A DNA stretch of 64,000 nt from Hormiphora californensis. Taxonomy: Eukaryota > Animalia > Ctenophora. Of this stretch, positions 58,115-64,000 are shown piece by piece (position 1 is the stretch's first letter; each line of letters opens with the position of its first letter). The notes under the pieces were generated by a model, which saw nothing but the letters and a program-made list of their open reading frames with translations, was not told the origin of the DNA and did not search any database. The stretch spans positions 4,154,001 to 4,218,000 of the forward strand of contig CM035350.1 of NCBI GenBank assembly GCA_020137815.1, read 5' to 3'. Made by a program: the position numbers and the translations under genes.

Positions 58115-58194
<80 letters not shown>

Positions 58195-60319
58195 GATAGA
58201 GAGAGAGAGAGAGGAAGATAGAGAGAGAGAGGAAGATAGCGAGAGAGTGCTAGGAGGCTCTCAATCCTCTGCTGGCAGTGCCCTATCCGAGTATGGTCAA
58301 ATGGGTCCCAACTCACAATAGTCTTACCTCCAGGGCCCCCCATATGCTGGAGGCCCAATGGAGCCGCATTCTCACAGTCACATGACCGTATAATCGCTCC
58401 CGCACCTGGACTAATTTGCAGGGACCCTCTACAGCTCCCTTTCTTGAGCTCTGAGAAATAGAGAGAGAGCCGATAGAGAGGAGGGGCAGCATATGTTGAT
58501 GTCGCAACCACTATCAAGCCAGGGATAGTAGTTGCATTGCTAGGGATTGCTCTACAGGAAGATGGAACTAAAAGGTTACTCAGGAGTCCAAGACTAGAGG
58601 TCTCCCCTACCCTTCCGCTTCATTATGAGATAGGCACCTGGCCCAAACTACTACACACAGGATGTGAGAGGTAGAGAGTGAGATTCTCACTGAGAAGAGA
58701 GGGATGAGAGACAGGATAGAAAAGTTTAGTGGCTCACAAGTGTGTGAAAACAAAAGGATGGGTATCATGAGACCTGCACCTGGTTCTTGTCTGGGCTTTC
58801 TCTACCATTGGCGGAGGAATAAAAACAGAACAACCATTTTACAATTCATGAATTTGTCCATGACATGATAATACACTTACTGCAGCTGTCACATCTTGAA
58901 AGTTAGATCGAGATTGGACAGCAATAGGGTGCTGGAAATTAATTTGTTCATGGTGTAGAAGATTTCGTAGAAAATGGTGTGATTTGTTAAATAATCACAT
59001 TGTTCTACAGAGTAGTACCACCGCCGCCACGACGAGAGAATTGCTCTCTTTTCTGTGGCACAGTGGTGTAACTATTCCTGCCCATCCCTTCTTCATATAC
59101 GGGATAAATACAGAAGCACAGAGCGAGAGAGAGACTACTGAGGAGGTCAAAAGAGAAAGGAGGCCGAACCACGTCACCTCATGGTAACCCTTCCCAAGGG
59201 GAGTGGGAGGGCAACAGGAGTTCTTGCGGCTCCAAACCACCGGATAATATCGTACCGTTCTCGGACCACACCCTGGCCTACAAATACCCAAGCAATTCAT
59301 AATCCACGTGACGAAACACGCGGGTGTGTGTTATCTCTCGTGTCTCAACTCTCAGAGGAGTTGTGTGTGCCAAGGGACCTACAATTCTCAAAGTCCAAGG
59401 GTACTTTTGCGCGCGCGCAAGACACTTCTGCTAATGAAAGGATCCCTGCGACAGCATTTGAGATCCTGCGCTGGCAGTGCGTGTCGTGACCGGTCCCACG
59501 CTGTTCCGAGGGTTTTCGCGCTGCCAGCCATTCTTGATCACCAAACGGATGTTTTCGAAGTGGTATGATAGACACTTGCGGCCGTTAATTATAAGTTAGG
59601 GGAACAGAGAGTCAGAGATACATGTCATGAGTTGTTCAAATAAGTAGATAGTCCGCTTGTGTTACAATCATTAAAAGTACTTCATTAATTTAAAATGTAA
59701 ATCACATATCAAAATACAAAAATAATAAGACTAAATTTTATGGTACAAACAAATTTAAATACCAGGCACGCTTAACACGGACAAAGACAGAGAATGTGTG
59801 TACCAGAGAGAGGGGGAGAGGTGGAGGATAGTCCAGCTTAACAAAAACAGACGTGGAACTAACATTATATAAGGACATAATCTGGAAAGAACTGGCCGAT
59901 TTTGATAATCCGAGGCATTTCAGAGATCCTATCTCGGTTTAAGAGATTAGATAGTGAAACTTCGGAAGGATTTTGATCAAAGCAGGATGGTGAAAACTAT
60001 TGCTACTACTTTTTGTTTCGTACTTACGACGACACACAAACGTTTCGGACTACACTACTTTTTGGACTCTTCTTTCTCGTTGGGTTGGGGACAGTAATAC
60101 CTGTCCCCCTGCTGCGCTGCCATGTCCGGAGGTTCCCCGGGGGAACAGAGAGAAGGGAGAGGGATAACCCCGGGGAATGCACAGAGACATGGCCGCACAC
60201 TGCATACAACCTTGACAACTTTCAATTCACTCGCTTTCAATGTATGTACGAACAACTAAATCCAGAGGCGCCCAGCCCCTCTGGGGCTAAACCCGTGTGA
60301 CAGCCGGGGAGGGCTGCTT

Positions 60320-61272
60320 TTATTTACCCGTAAACAGGTATAGATTGTTAGTGGCTGCCACTGCAATTACATTGTCCTTAGGATGCCAATGCGCATGCAA
60401 GATCTTGTGATTAAAGTCCAACAGATCAACATTGATCTCGTCCTTTCTCCGCTTGGGGCCGACACTAACTTTGCAGTGCTTCAACTGGGTCTTCGGTTTG
60501 GCTGACTCCCTGCTGGCCTCAAAGCACGCATCCTTTCCGTTGTTTCGGTCGAATATCCGGAAGAAATTGTTATATGATCCTGTCAGGATTGAGCTACAGA
60601 AGTGAGTTAAGGAATAGAACGGCTTTAATTGATCCCATGTAATTACAGTTTAATTATGCAGTCATGGCTTAATTACATGGTGGCTGCATGATCTTTAAAT
60701 CAATTACCTAACGCGCACGCTAAATGTTGTTTTCACGGTACTTTCTACACAACTAGCACGACTAGCACTGGCATATTCGAATGCGCGCCAAGGCCCCCCG
60801 ACGGCCGCCGCGGTGCACCACCGCTAATATAAAAGCTTCAAAAGGATACTTTGACGGTCCACCCCATACAACTTCGAACTTGTCAAAGATACAGTCACTC
60901 TCGTAGAGTGAGCACAACTTGCTCCGTAAATACTCGTGTACGTTATACGTTTCAACTGGTCGGGTATCCATATTGAGGTCCCACAACTGCAGAGAGAGAA
61001 TGGTGAATTAGTGCACAATTTGGTTCCTATTACCCTCCCCCGGCCCCCCGCTCTAACATGGATCAGTGTAGTTACCTTTACAGTTAGGTAGTCACGGGAG
61101 ACCATGTACCGGCCACACGATGAAAACTTCACATCAGAAACGGAGCTGATAATTTCGGAGAAGAAGGATTTGGTCGTGGAATCTTCTGGCTCTTCGAACA
61201 CTGCAAAAGGGATGGGAATCAGTTGTTACAATCACAAATGTAAATTGTAAAGGGTGGTCATGGGACTGGAAC

Positions 61273-61327
<55 letters not shown>

Positions 61328-61333
61328 GACAGG

Positions 61334-61397
<64 letters not shown>

Positions 61398-62352
61398 CAG
61401 AGAAAAAAAAAGATAGAGACGTGCTTACATTTTGAGTGTTGGTCACACAAAGCACGAGCCCTCATATCGCACAGCCTAATCGTTCCCCTGCTGCTTGTGT
61501 AGACAAAGTGATTACAGTGCGTTGGGTGGAACTTGGCCGCTGTAATAACCTGATATGGGACGGGGTTTTAGTACGGGATGTGTCAATTAGGGACGGGGTG
61601 GTAGTTAATTATTGTAATAATATTTAGTTTTTAAGGAATTTGGTGAAATTTAAGAGAGGGGGATAAAACAATGCTATGAGAGTGATACAAAAAAGAAGGA
61701 ATTATATTTTGTGTGTGTAGAAATAGGATATCGGATTGCACCGATAGGTGTACTGCAGTGGTAGTGGTAGTCATGGGGTGGACTCGTGACCAGAAGAGCG
61801 TGCAAGATGTTACAGTCAGTGCCTGATCACCAGTAATGTGTGTGACAGTATACCACCCTTACTATTTATAGGTAAACTAAGTATGACGTAATCGCTACAC
61901 CCGGCCCCTCTACCAACCCCTTACTGATTACTCCTCTGTGACGGTTATTACTTCCCTTCATGACACATGAAATATTCCCCTCCCCCACCTATAATAACTA
62001 CCACTACTGTTCCCCTTCTAATACAACATGACATGCATTTTTGGGTCAACTACGGGGGGGGGGGGGGGGGGGTAGGGGTCAACTTCAGGTCCCATAATAT
62101 CACAAAGAATAATGTATCAAAATAGTTCAAACTAAACACATTTACAACACTAAGACTAAACACTAAGATTCACAACCTACCTCTGTAAGATCCTCCATGA
62201 CAACAGGTTTGATATCGACAATGTTATAGCACACATTCGTGTACTCCATATGCCACAAATTAATCCGCAGGTCATCAGCCGAGAGGTACGTTTCATCATC
62301 ACTGTTCAACGATATCGAGTTGATGTGGTACACATGAGCCTTATCGTACACT
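60320..62352 (-). CDS. PPP2R2: PP2A regulatory subunit B55, 3' exons (62352-62181, 61549-61429, 61200-61076, 60986-60850, 60593-60320); 5' part lies beyond the window
   Basis: [74 protein letters not shown] and [11 protein letters not shown]. Confidence 0.97.
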
Positions 62353-64000
62353 CTGAATAGTGGGAGGTGGGGTTAGGGGAGGGTGGTAGTTGATATGGTA
62401 CACATGAGCCTTATCGTACACTCTGAATAGTGGGAGGTGGGGTTAGGGGGAGGGTGATAGTTGATATGGTACACATGAGCCTTATCGTACACTCTGAACA
62501 GTGGGAGGTGGGGTTAGGGGGAGGGTGGTAGTTGATGTGGTACACATGAGCCTTATCGTACACTCTGAACAGTGGGAGGTGGGGTTAGGGGGAGGGTGGT
62601 AGTTGATATGGTACACAAGAGCCTTATCGTACACTCTGAACAGTGGGAGGTGGGGTTAGGGGGAGGGTGGTAGTTGATGTGGTACACATGAGCCTTATCG
62701 TACACTCTAAACAGTGGGAGGTGGGGTTAGGGGGAGGGTGGTAGTTGATATGGTACACATGAGCCTTATCGTACACTCTGAATAGTGGGAGGTGGGGTTA
62801 GGGGAGGGTGGTAGTTGATGTGGTACACATGAGCCTTATCGTACACTCTGAATATTGGGAGGTGGGGTTAGGGGAGGGTGGTAGTTGATGTGGTACACAT
62901 GAGTCTTATCGTACACTCTGAACAGTGGGAGGTGGGGTTAGGGTAGGGTGGTAGTTGATGTGGTACACATGAGCCTTATCGTACACTCTGAATAGTGGGA
63001 GGTGGGGTTAGGGGGAGGGTGGTAGTTGATGTGGTACACATGAGCCTTATCGTACACTCTGAATAGTGGGAGGTGGGGTTAGGGGTAGGGTGGTAGTTGA
63101 TGTGGTACACATGAGCCTTATCGTACACTCTGAACAGTGGGAGGTGGGGTTAGGGGGAGGGTGGTAGTTGATATGGTACACAAGAGCCTTATCGTACACT
63201 CTGAATAGTGGGAGGTGGGGTTAGGGGGAGGGTGGTAGTTGATGTGGTACACATGAGCCTTATCGTACACTCTGAACAGTGGGAGGTGGGGTTAGGGGGA
63301 GGGTGGTAGTTGATATGGTACACAAGAGCCTTATCGTACACTCTGAACGGTGGGAGGTGGGGTTAGGGGGAGGGTGGTAGTTGATATGGTACACATGAGC
63401 CTTATCGTACACTCTGAACAGTGGGAGGTGGGGTTAGGGGGAGGGTGGTAGTTGATGTGGTACACATGAGCCTTATCGTACACTCTGAATAGTGGGAGGT
63501 GGGGTTAGGGGGAGGGTGGTAGTTGATATGGTACACATGAGCCTTATCGTACACTCTGAACAGTGGGAGATGGGGTTAGGGGGAGGGTGGTAGTTGATAT
63601 GATACACATGAGCCTTATCGTACACTCTGAATAGTGGGAGGTGGGGTTAGGGGGAGGGTGGTAGTTGATATGGTACACATGAGCCTTATCGTACACTCTG
63701 AATATTGGGAGGTGGGGTTAGGGGGAGGGTGGTAGTTGATATGGTACACATGAGCCTTATCGTACACTCTGAATAGTGGGAGGTGGGGTTAGGGGGAGGG
63801 TGGTAGTTGATATGGTACACATGAGCCTTATCGTACACTCTGAATAGTGGGAGGTGGGGTTAGGGGGAGGGTGGTAGTTGATATGGTACACATGAGCCTT
63901 ATCGTACACTCTGAACAGTGGGAGGTGGGGTTAGGGGGAGGGTGGTAGTTGATATGGTACACATGAGCCTTATCGTACACTCTGAATAGTGGGAGGTGGG
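62319..64000. repeat. Minisatellite of ~24 copies of a 70-71-bp unit (continues past the window edge) comprising the B55 intron end plus exon start
   Basis: Unit on the - strand: accaccctcccc(c)TAACcccacctcccact(a/g)ttcAG|agtgtacgataaggctcatgtgtacca(c/t)atcaact. Confidence 0.97.

Noticed and set aside
62319-64000. CRISPR array or telomere
   Set aside because: Units repeat end to end with no unique spacers, no cas genes are present, and there is only one TTAGGG per unit; the unit derives from an intron/exon junction.

Overview
Gene-dense eukaryotic (animal) genomic DNA with short GT-AG introns, long (GA/TC)n tracts and many non-autonomous DNA transposons. The compact layout and nested gene are reminiscent of a ctenophore or similar invertebrate, but that is inference only. 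Genes in order: GH9 cellulase with CBM2 (-, runs off the left edge), PTTG1IP (+), DNAJC7 (+), cyclin Y (-), a probable STYXL1/MKP-like phosphatase hidden in homopolymer-corrupted sequence (+), intronless nicastrin (-), three CRE-clade RLE non-LTR retrotransposons (one intact 1074-aa ORF) interleaved with TA-flanked MITEs, CCDC74-like (+), PRC1 (+) hosting an antisense intronic Ly6/three-finger-like GPI protein gene, LEKR1 (+), a small orphan gene (+), CPEB2/3/4-like (+) followed by large fold-back transposons, and PP2A B55 (-, runs off the right edge). The most unusual features are: (1) a ~24-copy 70-71-bp minisatellite made of a complete 3' splice site plus exon start, with smaller versions at other acceptors; (2) a TSD-resolvable nested CRE/MITE insertion stack; (3) tRNA-like Pol III cassettes enclosed by terminal inverted repeats. 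Several stretches (about 5.7-6.1, 15.0-16.8 and 41.7-44.5 kb) look error-rich.
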